Assembly (NCBI GenBank): GCA_002269645.1
Contig: NIVC01000719.1
Location: 362,020 to 426,019 of the forward strand
DNA: 64,000 nucleotides
Reading direction: 5' to 3'
Source: Macrostomum lignano
Taxonomy: Eukaryota
Both the position numbers and the translations under genes were made by a program. Of the stretch, positions 13,672-27,357 are shown piece after piece (the stretch's first letter is position 1; every line of letters starts with the position of its first letter). The notes under the pieces were generated by a model. It worked only from the letters and a program-made list of their open reading frames with translations. It was not told the origin of the DNA and did no database searches.

Positions 13672-14872
13672 TCAGCCATTAGGGGTCATGGACAAATATT
13701 TATTCACAAAGGAACTAGCTTTACTTTTATCCTTCCAAATAAAAAATTAGCGCGAGTTCAAATTCGTTTCGAACCCAGCCTCAGGCTTCTCAATTTCACT
13801 GAAAAGTTTATTGCTCTCGAGGTGCAGCATTTTATTTAAGCTCCATCCCAGACTTCAAAGTAAACTTGCGCCACTTTGAAGTTCAGTAAGAGTTCGAGAT
13901 CTAGCCCAAAAAAATGAAAGCCATAAAACACTCTTGACTAAAAAAAATTCATTGCAGGTGCGACTTGAGTCGGAGAGAGGGAGAGAGAGAAATATATAAA
14001 AAATGAACTGGGCCAGGACCCGAGTCGGTTCAGGCAATAAACCTGTCAAGTCGCAGTTCAATATTTTATGGTTTCAATTTGTTTTTGGCCAGGTAGGGAG
14101 CGCCCTGCACTGCTCAGATCGTCTGCTCTGGCGTATGATATTGATGAGTATTGATTTACTAATTACTAAAATTAATAATTATATTTAATTAATATTTCTA
14201 CTCTTATATAGGCTGTTTTCAGCAGTACATTGCTCAGGTTTAGTGCCTACTTGAGTGCAAAAGCAGAGCCTTCGTTTTTCGCCCGAACGCCCAGCAGGTA
14301 CAGCCCAGGTGCAGGCAAGATTTATTGACAATAATAAACTATTAGATACGGCAGTAGACAAAAACTATTAGCTTCTGCATGGCCAGTGCATTTCGGCAGC
14401 GTGTCATATTATTGTATTGTTCTCAATTTTATCTGCGGGTAGCACAATGTCACAATGAAGAAGAGCCTGCAGCAGTTATTCAGCTATCCACTGAGGCCCT
14501 GAGTTCACTGCATGCTCGCACCCTCTCAGCTCTCTGCCCCTGCCTTGCCGCCCGCACTCCCCAGCACTCCAATTGCTACTCTCTCTAAAAAGATTCAGTT
14601 ATAGAGGCAGTGCAGCCGCCTCATCTTTTATTGGCCGCCAATACAGTTGTCAAGCCCCGGTTACTAAGGGGGACGGCTAGGAGTTGGGGTGGGGGAGAGA
14701 AGGCGAGATGAGGCACCGTAAAGAGGCAGCGGCTACATAACAAGAGAAGCCGCAATAGTGGCGGCCACTGCAAACTCTGCCTGTTTGCCTGCCCCGACCT
14801 GACAAGCGGCAGCCAAGGGGAAGCACCAGTCCTGCAGTCAAGAATCACTCCGCACCCGACTGAATCTCGGCC

Positions 14873-17800
14873 ATGTCGCTGGAGCAGATAGTTGAGTGCA
14901 TCAGCAAGCCGCCTGTGCAGCGGCACGACTCGGAACTGAACGAACTGGTCGGCTGGTTTCTAACGAAGTGCCCGTTGAAGATTAAGCCAGGTAAATATTG
15001 TTTATCTGAAATTATTTATTGAACTGTTTGACTTCAACTATACTGTGCGCTATTGGTCAGAGTTTCTTAACTTTGGTCATAGGTTTCTCAACTTTGGTCA
15101 TCAGCTCTTAACTTTGGTCATATAGGCTTTTTAACTTTGGTCATATGCTACTTAAATTTGGTCATAGGTTTCTTACAAGTAACTTTGCTCATAAGCTTCT
15201 CAACTTTGGTCATTACACGCTTCTTACTTTTGGTCATAGGCTTCTTAACTTTGGTCATTACTCGTGACTTTTCAACTTTGATCATATGCTTTGTAATTTT
15301 GGCCAAACTCTTCTCAAATTTAGTCATACGCTTCTCAACTTTGGTCATACGCTTCTCAACTATGGTCATAAGCTTCTCAACATGGTCATACCCTTCTTAA
15401 CTTTGGTCATAAGCTTCTTAACTTTGGTCATAGGCTACTTAACTTTGGTCATAGGCTACTTAACTTTGGTCATAGGCTACTTAACTTTGGTCATAGGCTT
15501 CATGCGCTTCTCAACTTTAATCATACGTTTCTCAACTTTGTGAATCCCTCCTCAATTCTGAATTCTTGCACCACTTACCTGGAGAACCTGAGAGAACTCG
15601 CACTCCTTCCCTATTGAGTAGTCACTGTATAAATTTTCATTAGGCAAACACGCTCACCGGGCTGAATTTACATTTCTCACACCCAGCCACTAAGAGAGAG
15701 ATTGGCAAATATTCATCGCTCATTACCTTCCATCTCAATCAACTCCTCAAATAGAGGAGCTTGGAATAAGGAATTAATCGACTATAAAATAAATCCTGCC
15801 TCATCACGAAACTGCCTCCTTCTGTGCTTCTAAAAAAGCAGTTAGAAAATCAGAGTACAGACCCTGCAGCATGAGCAGCCGCGTCCTTTGTGTGCTCAAG
15901 GTAATTGTCTCGGAGCCGGAGAGGGGAGGAGACTGGCTCCCGTGGCAACTGATCCCTGACTGACTGACTGACTGAGATTCACTGACTCAGCGATTCCCTT
16001 CCGCACTAAGCCAGCAGTTGCCATGGCAACCCGCTGTTTGGCACGTTGGCGCTCGTATGCTTGAGTAAAAAAATACGTCTGAGCACTGCATGCCCATACT
16101 GCCGTGCGCATGCCTGCCCTTGGTCCCAGCAACCACCACATTTATAAATCATCTTAGCTTCATCGCTTATTAACCCAGCTTCAGTGATGGGGGGCCTTCA
16201 GCTTCACCCAGGCGGCACCTGACCGACCGTTGGGAAACGGCTATCTGCACCGTCTGCGCTGTCACATCGCCCCCCCCCCGGCGGGGAGAAACTGAGCAGT
16301 GAAAGAGAGTTGAGCTGAGTTGCCCCGCACCGGAAATGAGCCACTCTATAAATCCATTGTGAGGCTTTTGGCCATCAACCTAATGCATAATACATATTCC
16401 CTAAGCATGGGATTGCAGTCGCCAGGCCGGAATGAGCCAGTGCTTGTCTCAGTCGTAATCTGCAGCCAAACACGGGGTTGACGGCGACAATAAAATCAAT
16501 TGTGACAAGGGGGGGTGGTGTTTTCACCCACATAAAGTGCAAGGCCAATCGACAACAGCACTCTTAATTTGCTTTTAACTCCACTTTCCTAACTGCAGAT
16601 GTGGCTAAAGATATTTTGAGAAATTGCGAATTTCGCGAGAGTCCACGCGATGACGTCATCATTCGACAGGGAGACCAAGGAGACTGGTGAGACAGAGGGG
16701 AGAGAGGGAGAGGCAGATGGGAGAGAGGGAGAGGCAGATGGGAGAGGGAGCGGCAGACGGGAGAGAGGGAGAGGCAGGGGAGAGAGGGAGAGGCAGAGGG
16801 GAGAGAGGGAGAGGTTGACGGGAGAGAGGGAGAGGCAGGGGGAGAGGGAGAGGCAGAGGGAAGAGGGAGAGGCAGAGGGGAGAGAGGGAGAGGTTGACGG
16901 GAGAGAGGGAGAGGCAGGGGGAGAGGGAGAGGCAGAGGGAAGAGGGAGAGGCAGATGGGAGAGAGGGAGAGGCAGAGGGGAGAGAGAGAGGTAGATGGGA
17001 GAGAGGGAGAGGCAGAGGGGAGAGAGGGAGAGGTTGACGGGAGAGAGGGAGAGGCAGGGGGAGAGGGAGAGGCAGAGGGAAGAGGGAGAGGCAGATGGGA
17101 GAGAGGGAGAGGCAGAGGGGAGAGAGAGAGGTAGATGGGAGAGAGGGAGAGGCAGGAGGGAGAGAGGGAGAGGCAGGGGGAGAGACGGAGAGGCAGGGGA
17201 GAGAGGGAGAGGCAGGAGGGAGAGAGGGAGAGGCAGGGGGAGAGACGGAGAGGCAGGGGGAGAGAGGGAGAGGCAGAGGGGAGAGGGAGAGGCAGGGGGA
17301 GAGGGAGAGGTAGATTGGAGAGAGGCAGCGGCAGAGGGGATTGAGAGGCACAGAGTGGGACAGATTTACTGGCTGTTGACCTTCAACTGAAACGCCGCAA
17401 TATCCATCCCATCAGTTTCTACATTTGCCTCACCGGCAAAGTCAGTGTTTACATCAACACGGAGGCGGTGCCGGACGATCCAACTGAGGCGCAGGTGCTG
17501 GTCGACGACAGCAGCGACGCGGCTAGCGGAGAAAAGAAAGAACTGGACCGGACCAAGTACGGGAAGTACATTGTCAGCTTCGGTGAGTGCCGGCTGCAGT
17601 GAGAGCGGAAATGAATGAGAAAACGGAGGCTGAGAGCGGAAGTAGAGAGCGGAAAGTAGAGTAAAATAGGAGAGATATTCAGAGAAATGTCAGATGACCT
17701 TCAGCAATTAACTTGGAGGTCGTTGACGAAAGGCTAGTTGATGAATCGTTAATTTTTACCCTCAGGCGCGGGCAGAGGTTTCGGCGAGCTGGCCCTGATC

Positions 17801-20800
17801 AACAAAGACTGCGTCCGTAACGCGTCCATCATCGCAGACGAGACCACCAGGCTGATTGTGGTGAACAGAGCTCTGTACAATCGGTCGCTAAAGGCCGTTC
17901 AAGAGGCCGAGTTCAAGGAGCGAATCGATTTTGTGAACAAGTGTCCGGTGTTTGACAATTGGCTGGCTAGGTACAAGCGGCAAGCGGCCATGAGTCTGCG
18001 GAAGGAGATGTTCAACTTCGAAATGACAATTGCGAAGCAGGGCGATGCGCTGAATGGGCTCTATTTTATTCTCAGGTGCGCTGACTCCTTTCTATGCCAT
18101 TGAGAGTTTTCTATGCCGTTTTATATACAAGCTTCAAATGCAGCAGCCAATCAGAGACTAGGAAGGGATAGGGAATCTTGCGCAACTGATAGCTACAATG
18201 TGAAGAAATCAGAAACTAGTGCCAGCCAATCAGAGACTGGGAAGGGATAGAGGATCTTGCGCAACTGATAGCTACAGTTTGAAGAGATACAGAAACCAGT
18301 GCTAGCCAATCAGAGACTTGGAAGGGATAGAGAATCTTGTGCAAATGATAGCCACAGCGTGCAGAGATACAGAACCCGTAATTCCTGAATTGATTGCACC
18401 TCAAATACAGTGGTCAAGCCAAACTGGTTGTTGACATAATCCAGCACTACAGCCAATATCCGCAGCTGCATTTGCACGACAGTCCAGAGGATCTGCAGCA
18501 GCGGGAGATCATGGGCAAGCTGATGGAGCAGTGAGTTTTTCTAATGAAATAATTACTTCATTTTTTCAAAAAGCAAACTAATAAAAGTACAATGAGAAGA
18601 GTTTAGGGTTCAGGGTCACTGAAGCAGCGGATGGGTGGAGGGTATAAGTCATTAAAGCTGTATAAGCACTATAAACTAGCTTTACTAACATTACTATTGA
18701 AGCCCAAATTAACAACCCTATTGGCTATAGTATTTACCACCACCACACTGTTAACCGAAAAAACCTCACATTCAAGAAAATATGGAATCAGAAATTCCGT
18801 CAGATACGCTGGCTACAATCGATGGTAATAAAACCGTCTTTTTATTACATAACTTTCCTTTCCTTTCCATTCATTTTTCCGCGCACTTCAAATCTTACAT
18901 TTATAACTAATACGAGTATCCTAGAATTATTGCATGCATCTTTTCTCTATAGGTTCTATCCTACGTACTATTAAACTACAAGCGTATCTAATGCAGTCTC
19001 GGTAATGTGTTTTGATCAGGCATTAGGCCTTCAAAAATTGCATCATTTCAAAGCGGGTTGTCCTCTAAAAAGCACATTTTTTCTACCATTTTAGCCTTCT
19101 ATACATGAACTACCATACTGAATGGTTTAGAATGATTTAGAACGGATAGAATGATTTAGGATGATTTATAATGACTTAGAATGATTTAGGATGATTTAAG
19201 ATGATTTAGGATGATTTAGGATTATTTAGAATGATTTAGAATGATTTAGGATGATTTAGGATGATTTAGAATAATTTAGAATGATTTAGGATGATTTATA
19301 ATGATTTAGGATGATTTATGATAATTTAGAATGATTTAGAATGATTTAGGATGATTTAGAATGATTTTGAATGATTTAGGATGATTTAGAATGATTTAGA
19401 ATGATTTAGGATGATTTAGGATGATTTAGAATGATTTAGGATGATTTAGGATGATTTAGAATGATTTAGGATGATTTAGGATGATTTAGAATGATTTAGA
19501 ATGATTTATAATGATTTAGGATGATTTAGGATGATTTAGAATGATTTTGAATGATTTAGGATGATTTATAATGATTTAGGATGATTTAGGATGATTTAGA
19601 ACGGTTTAGAATGATTTAGGATGATTTAGAATGGTTTAAAATGATTTGATTTAGAATGATTTAGGATGATTTAGGATGATTTAGGATGATTTAGGATGAT
19701 TTAGGATGATTTAGAATGATTTAGAACGGTTTAGAATGATTTATGATGATTTAGAATGGTTTAAAATGATTTGATTTAGAATGATTTAGGATGATTTAGA
19801 ATGATTTAGGATGATTTAGGATGATTTAGAATGATTTAGGATGATACAAAATACATATATGTAACCGAATTTTTTTATAGACTGAAGTTTGAAGTTAGAC
19901 TGAAGTTTTTAAATGCCCTTAAAATCATTTTTCACTTTCTATAGTCGAATGAAACGCACACTAAGGGTTTGAGGAGAGATTCTTCATCACAAAGAGCTCG
20001 GCACATCCGGGATGCAGCTCAAATTCTATTCAGCATCCTATTTAATAAACAAGCTCAATCGATGAGACCCCTAGCTTTGAGCTGGCTAAAAATAGCTATA
20101 AGAATTGTTCTCATTTGAATTGATTGTAAAACCATTGATGCCACTGATGCCGGCTTTGATCTGTCTCTCCCCTTGCCGCTCTGCCGCTTCACCTGGGATC
20201 CGCAATAATGGGATGCACAAAGCATTTGGGAGAGAAATATTCAGAAATTCCCAAACAAAGCTATTATATGATAGACTCTTCTTTATTTTCACTGTAAGCG
20301 AACTAGATTCCACACTCTTGATCCCATTATAGCCAGCACACTCCTCTCCTGGTCCCATTAAGTCCCACACTACTTACTTAGCACCGACAAGTCTCACACC
20401 TTCCTGCACACACTGTTGGATCCCATACCGCTAGATCCCACACCGCTGGGTCCCACACCGCTGGATCCCATACCGCTGAATCCAATACCGCTGGATAAAC
20501 CACACCACTGGATCCCACACCGCTGGGTCCCACACCGCTGGATCCCATACCGCTGGATCCCATACCGCTGGATCCCAAACCGCTGGATCCCATACCGCTG
20601 GATTCCACACCGCTGGATCCCATACTGCTGGATCCCCCATCGCTGGATCCCACGCCACTAGATCCCACACCGCTGGATCCCACACCGCTAGATCCCACAC
20701 CGCTAGATCCCACGCCGCTAGATCCCACACCGCTAGATCCCACACCGCTAGATCCCACACCGCTGGATCCCACACAGGAACCCGGCAGACGAGCGGTCGC

Positions 20801-22652
20801 AGTCGCGCCGGCACCAGCAGCTCTGGGAGAAGCCGATCCGCCGCCGAGGCTACGCTGCCGCCGAGCACCGGCAGTCGCAGCGGCACGTCGAAATCTCCCT
20901 GATCGGGCCAGGCGAGATGATCGGCGACATTGAGCACGGAATGGACCTGAGCACCTACGCCCAGTCCGTCATCTGCGTTCAACCAACCGAGGTCTTTGTT
21001 CTGGACTCGAAGAACTTCGAGCGGCTGGTCCTGAACAAGCGGAACCAGGCGCAGACGCTGGAGATTCTGGCTCGCAAAGCCGAGACGAAGCTGATGTCGC
21101 GGGTCACCCGAGCTCTCGACAAGCAGGTGCCACTGATTCGCAACCTCTGCCACCGGATTGTGGAGTCTCACCGGGCCGAGGAGCGTCGCAGACAGAAGGC
21201 CGACAAAGAGCGCGACTTCGACGTGAGAGACTCGGACATGTCGCACTTTATACCGTCCCGCGGCCCGCTGATCGACCCCTACGGGCCCGGCACCGTGTTC
21301 TACCGGAACAAGATGAAGCGCGAGCGCAAGCTGGCCGCTCAGAAGGCCAAGGAGGCCAAGATGGGCGGCCGGAAGCCGCCAGCCGCCGCAGCGGCCATGT
21401 TCGCCGTTGACGAGCCAGGAACGGACGATGAAGGTGCCGACGGAGCCGCGGCGGCGACCGACCATCGCCGACTGGACGACCCGTACGAGGCGGCCAGGCG
21501 GGTGCTGGACGAGTTCGAGGACTTCGACACCAGCAGCGAGCACCTGGTGGACCTGGAACGGCGGATCAGCGTGTGGTTCGACAACGTCGACCAGACTAAG
21601 CGAGGCGCCCGGGTGGTGCAGATGACCAGGTTCCACAAGGAGGTGAGCGCGGGAGGAAGCTGGGAATGGGAAGGCGTTGCTAGGGGCGTGAGTAAAAAAG
21701 AGACAAGCGCTCTCAAACTGTTTATTAATAGGCGCATTTTTCATGCTTCTCTACTAACAGTAGGATTGATGACAAATCGAGCGTATAAAACTAATAATAG
21801 TTAACTTTTATTGACTACTCTACTTATAGTAAAAATGCAATGAAATTACTTCCGATTTTTTAAAGTTTTTTCCTGAGGTTTATTTTACTGAACAATCGTA
21901 AAGCTAAAACAGTGCAGTTAATTAATAAAATATATTGGATCTAACAGACTTCTAGACTTCCGAAGATCAAGTGATCCCAATTTCGCCGATGGCAATTTTT
22001 CAGACAGCTCAGGAACCGCCCGAGGTGGAGGTGAACAATGTTTTTCAACCTGATTCTCTGATGATTATGGACTACTGTACTGTATAATTTTAATCTACTG
22101 TTAAAGCGCACCGGAAACCATTGGTAGCTGCAAAAATCATTGTGAACACTATAGAACAGTCCCGAATGTACAATTGTACATATGCTACCTTTGTGTTGAC
22201 AGCTTCAGTGTCAACACGCTTTTTCTGTAGACTTTTTTGTTTTAATTGCCGCAGCTATTTCGCACCTGCCCGACTGCCAACGAATGCTTTCAGTGCCAGC
22301 AGTGTCGTTTAGTTTTGACTTAATTTTCTAGGAACCAGCACACACTGCACACAAACTACCTGCCGTGTGAAAGCTTGGACTTGTGCCCACGTGCCAATTT
22401 CAATTGCATTTTCCAACAACCCCCTCCCCCCTACCCACCGTTGTGCAGGAGGACCGCAAGATCCACCCAGGTAAGAAGGTGTACATGAGGCCGAAGAAGC
22501 AGCCCCGCCGAGTCACCCTGGGCAGCAGCGAGCCAGAGGACTGGGGCTACAAGTCAGAGGAAGAAATCTTCATCACTGCTCAGGCTGAGATGCGCAGCCG
22601 GTTGAGCTCGCGCGGCACCACCATTGCGCAAGCGCAACAGGCCAACCTGTGA
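14873..22652 (+). CDS. Tandem cyclic-nucleotide-binding-domain protein (CNBD1/CNBD2-like), 623 aa. Exons: 14873-14990, 16599-16686, 17416-17582, 17766-18075, 18411-18530, 20778-21642, 22449-22652
   Basis: The GT-AG exon chain is phase-consistent and sums to 1872 nt. Domain A has IIRQGDQGDCFYICLTGKVSVY and GFGELALINKDCVRNASIIADE. Domain B has IAKQGDALNGLYFILSGQAK and IGPGEMIGDIE..YAQSVICVQPTEVFVL. The last junction is the least certain. Confidence 0.88.
15055..15541. repeat. Degenerate minisatellite, about 21 bp, TTAACTTTGGTCATAGGCT...
   Basis: Direct reading. Confidence 0.85.
16690..17345. repeat. GA-rich purine minisatellite filling CNBD intron 2
   Basis: Direct reading. Confidence 0.93.
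18143..18378. repeat. Three tandem copies of an about 80-bp unit (AGCCAATCAGAGACT..GAAGGGATAG...)
   Basis: Direct reading; lies in CNBD intron 4. Confidence 0.85.
19105..19845. repeat. 10-bp minisatellite ATGATTTAG(G/A)
   Basis: Direct reading. Confidence 0.95.
20415..20777. repeat. 15-bp minisatellite CCACACCGCTGGATC ending in the CNBD splice acceptor
   Basis: Direct reading. Confidence 0.93.
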
Positions 22653-23086
22653 GCATGATTGAGCACTGGCTGTCACTGACTGTACATATTTCACTCAGTC
22701 GAGTATTCTCAGCACTGTGCACCGTTGTCAAGGACCACTATAGGCGAATTTAGAAGCTCGTTGAGTACCCGTCAATTGGGAAAAATTTTTGAAGATTAGA
22801 ATAAGAAAACTTCCCTATGAAAGTTAAATTTAATTTTTAGCATTTCGAAGAAACTATTTCTTAGAATCGTTCCACGAATATTTAATAGTATTTAAACAAT
22901 AAAAATGTCTGCGTAGTATAAAAAGATACCTATTACTGCTTTAATAAAAGAACTTCTCTGTAATTCTTGTAACACAAAATGTCTATCTCTTAAAGTACAC
23001 GTGGTCCCTGACTCTGCATGCCGAACGAATGACCAGTAAACACCTTTTTGTTACATGCACGCTTTCACACTGCGTCACCTTTTCAG

Positions 23087-26000
23087 CCCAGACGATGAGG
23101 AAGAGCCTGGAAGCTCGAGCAGGGCTGTGATTGAAGCTCAAGATGAAGGTAAAATTACGAGAGCTAGAGCAGAAATTGAATTCAATAAAATAAATGATCA
23201 TTCTGAGATGAGCTACTAATCACGTAAATATCATTAAATTAATAGCTATAAAATAAATGCCCTAGCAGCGAACTAACCAACAATTAATTTCTTTTTTAAA
23301 TTTTGAATTTGAATTCGCGCCACTATATTCAATTTGTTCTGATAAAGTTATTTAATACCCATTGTACACATTAGAAAGTACAGTCAAACTTGTATGAATA
23401 GGTGATTTAAATTTTGAACTTCCATTTGATCGCAATCAACGGCATCACTCAACAAGTGCTTGGTCGATTTTGGCGCGAATTCGAATTCAAGACTAAAGAG
23501 AAAAAAGAAAATTTGCCGCAGGCTCGTGCATGCGTACGCTAACAGCGCTTAGTTATAAACTAACCAGCATGATAATTAACCGCTTGCTCACCAAAGCATC
23601 ACTTGCCATTTGTGACTAACCTGCTTGCGCTCCCCCTCCGCCGACCCCCTCAACCCTTCGCCATAAATCGACCTCTTCGCAACGCGACAGAGGCTTTTCT
23701 GAGACACCTGCTAGACATTGTGGCCCGCCGAGACCGCCTCTCGGAGCCGGCCATTCGCCGACAACGCCCGGCTACCACGGGGCGCCAGTCGCTGCAGGCA
23801 CCGACCGGTCTGCCGCCAGTTGTTGTCGAGTTGAACAGTCGCTTCCTGCGTCCGAGGACAGCGTCAATGCCGCCACTGTTGGCTCTGGCAGGCGGGGCGG
23901 CAGGCTGGGGAGCAGCAGCTCACGGCGGCGGCGGCGGCGGTCTCAGGCAGCAGAATTACGGGTACTGTATACCTGTATACTTTTATTGGCATGCTAATTT
24001 ACCAATTGTCCCATGAAGCAGCAAAGTGCTACCAGACCAATTGCGCACATTATTGTTGACAATATCATGACAAAACTAGTAGCTAGTTGCTGTTGCCTAA
24101 TCAATCAATCATCGTTGTTTTATTATTACTGGTAATTTTGTATCGGAGTCGAACAATTTAATTTTAATTATCTCCTGTAAGCTTACCATAAATAGCTTGT
24201 TCATAAATTAAAGCTAAGTTAAATAAGCGCCAAAAAGGGAAACAATTAAGCAATTTTTAAACAAGGAAAAATGCTCTGTAAACAGGCATTTTAAATGCAA
24301 GAATAACCTTATAGTTAGTTTATGGAATTAAAGATTGTTTGACAATGTACTTTTTGGCTCAGTTATTATTGTTGTTAATCTTAACAAGCATACTAGCTAA
24401 AGTAATTTAAACTGAAAGTTTATATTAGTAAATATGTAGTAGAAAGGAAAGGGGGTAATAGGATCAATTTACATCAATTTACATCAATGTACATACGTTA
24501 AATCGGCGTATGGGTAGAAAAGACTGGGAGTGAGCCGGGCGTAAAAAATAAATTGAACGATGCTGGCCATTGTTCACTTAATGCCGCCGACATAATGTAC
24601 AGAGTTTAATGTACAAGGGTAAGAGGGCGTCTAAAGGGCAGGAAAGACCCTCTAGCATCAAAACAAGCAGTTAGATTTGCACGGAAAGGGGGTAGAGAAA
24701 ATCCTGGGTCAATGTACACTTACTGCCCAACAGTGTACATTCACTAGAATCTAGTCATTCTAGTGCCTCTCTATCCCTCTCACCCCTCTCCCCGCTGCCA
24801 CACCCCAGACCGGCCTCCGCAGCCGACCCCGCCAGCAGTGGCGGCCAAGACGGCTATTAGACCGAGCAGCGCGCCAATTATCTCTGGCGAGCCGCAGTTT
24901 GATCAGCCGCCGCTTGTCAAAGAGGAAACCGCCGCTGACCTGCCGCTCGGAGAGGCTAGCGGCAGCAGTATTGGTCATCAGCAGCAGCTTCATCAGCAGA
25001 GTCGCACAAGACTGCCAAGTCTGGGCGAAACAGGTCAACAGGGAAAGAGGCGCAGAGCGAAGAAGGGCAAGGCCAGGGGCAAGTCGAAGCAGGTACAGAA
25101 AGAATGGATGGGACGGTATGGGATAAACACGTCTCGGTTGTCATGGTTTCCAGGGTCCTCCCGAACTCGAATTGCGTCTAATCACATTCTAATTTCCTAA
25201 TCAGCCCCTAATGGCCTGCCTGTGTGATTCCCGTTTCTAATTTTTTTCGTTTGTTTTTGCAAACCTTCAGCAGCGATAAGCGAAACACCCTACTAGCGCG
25301 CGCGCAAAGTTTCAGTAGTATCAATTGGCTTTATTCGCCAAATTTTGTGCTGATTGCGGACTTTATTCATTGCTTCTTGATCGCGCAGGTGTGACTCGCC
25401 ACCCGGGACAGCATGAGTAAGATTACGACTAAATATACATGACAACTGCATTTAGCTCGTAATTTAACATTAGGAGTACGCAAAGTTTAGGTCGTCACCT
25501 GTATGACGAAATTTACTGCTCAACTCACGACTTTTTTACGGTTAAATAGGACTTGCAATTAACTTAGTCTTTGCGTAAAAGCCTATCTACTTCGAGAAAG
25601 TATCCTATTTAATCATTTCTAAGATGCTTTTCTTCCTATTAAGTGTACCTGTACCTGTACAGCACCTTTGGTAGCGATCAAGCTCTCTAACAACTTTACC
25701 CAAAATTGCCCGCAGCGAGAGCACGAGCGCACCTACACCCTGGAGGAGTACAAAGAGCTGAGGGCGCTGCTTCGAAAGCGCGAGATGCAATTGGTAACGT
25801 TTCGCAATTCGCTCAGGGTCAAATAAGGTCAGAATCGCGCAGCGCCCAACGCCAGCGCGAACCGGTCAGCAACAACAGCAACCTGGGCAGCAGCAGCAGC
25901 GAGTTAAACAGTAGCAGGCCCCCATCATCATCGCAAAGATCGCAGAAGCCACACAAGCAGCACCAGCAGCAGAAGCAATCAGCGCTACCACCCATTGACC

Positions 26001-26383
26001 CGGCCGTCAAAGCCGGAGCAGTCAGCAGGTTAACAGCGGCAGCGGCTGATATTCCAAATGAGGGTCGCGTCGACCCAGTTGGTTACAGCGTTCACGAACA
26101 GCTGACCGCCTCTGAGAAACGGGAGAGCACAGCCGCCATGCTCAGGGACATTCTCACTCATCAGATCCTGCCGGAGGAGGTGAAGGAGACCCTACGAGAC
26201 CTGGAGCGCATGAACACCGTGCTGCCTGACTTAGACTGCAACTCCGGCCGGCAGCAGAGCTTGGAACGTCGGCGGAGTCGCACATTTCGCGCTCGAACTA
26301 TCCTACTGCCGAGTAGAATGGCGCGCGACTCAACCGTGTGTCTGCGCTGCCGCCGGCATCATCTGGCCTCCACCACGCATTAA
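23087..26383 (+). CDS. Putative multi-exon low-complexity protein of unknown function, or an alternative 3' extension of the CNBD gene. Candidate exons: 23087-23148, about 23716-23955, about 24870-25115, 25271-25314, 25389-25416, about 25715-26383
   Basis: GC-rich, codon-like segments are bounded by plausible splice signals (e.g. ccttttcag|...GAAG|gtaaaa). The long open frame ends at TAA 26383. Junction phases are not fully resolved and no domain is recognised. Confidence 0.4.
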
Positions 26384-27357
26384 GCAGCTTTAACGAATCC
26401 TGTTTAATTAGTCCCTTTAAGTCTGCGGCCTCCAGTAGATCGATTTCCAAGAGCTCTTTGCCCATTGGCTACCGAACAGCCAGCCAATTAGAATGAATGC
26501 AGGGATCAAGTGAGGTGGGTGGCGGCTTGACAAATCATGGTCGTGCTCCCATTGGCTGAGAGAGGGATAGAAATTCTGCTGCGGAGTGAGGTGGGTGAGA
26601 GGGGTAGAAATAAAAGTAAAAAAAAAACTGATGTTGCTGTTTACTGGCCCCCTGGTTCATATAGTGCTCTAATAATTGCTTAGAAAGTTTTGTGTGTTAT
26701 TTGGCAGTATACCTTTATAACTGACGACCTAATCAATTGTCCAGAGAAAAAATCAGTTTAAGAATTGTTCATAGTCAAAATTAGTCTTCGCTTCGCTTTC
26801 TGCTGGACTTCTTCCGCTGGTTAATCCTATTTGCTTACACGTGCGCTTTACTTAATGAAAAATTGCCTTGTCTTAAAATACATCACCGCGTGCCTTTCAC
26901 GTTAACTGGCGATGTACATACGGGGTGATCTAATTTAATGCTTATAAAATTTTTACTTCATTTTTACGAAATCCGTTTTCCAGGACGCGATTTCTAGGAA
27001 ATTCTGAAAATAAATCTTGAAACAGCTCACGCACGCATTGAAATTGGATGAACTTGCATGCTATAGTGCATCGCATACATAAATTTGATGTCAAAAACGT
27101 ACCAATCCCTCTGCTCAAACTATATCCCAACGAAATTCATGCTTTCCAAACTTTTCCGTCCGTTATTCGAGTGTATTCTACGGATTCGTGATTTGTTGTA
27201 CGAAAATTTAATAGCCATATTTTACTTTCTTGTAGACTTCAAGTGGTATGTTTTGTTATTTTATTCAAATAAATGGATCGATATTTTATTAGATTTCATT
27301 CAAAATCGATTCAAGTTTTTGTTGCTTTTAACGTTTATTCTGGGGTTTAATTAATAA

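Noticed and set aside
16340-16520. Sox-like CATTGT and Oct-like ATGCATAAT motifs in CNBD intron 1 as an enhancer
   Set aside because: Short motifs with non-canonical spacing, expected by chance; no supporting evidence from sequence alone.
20431-21744. 437-aa minus-strand ORF
   Set aside because: Antisense shadow of the GC-rich CNBD exon plus the 15-bp repeat; no domain.
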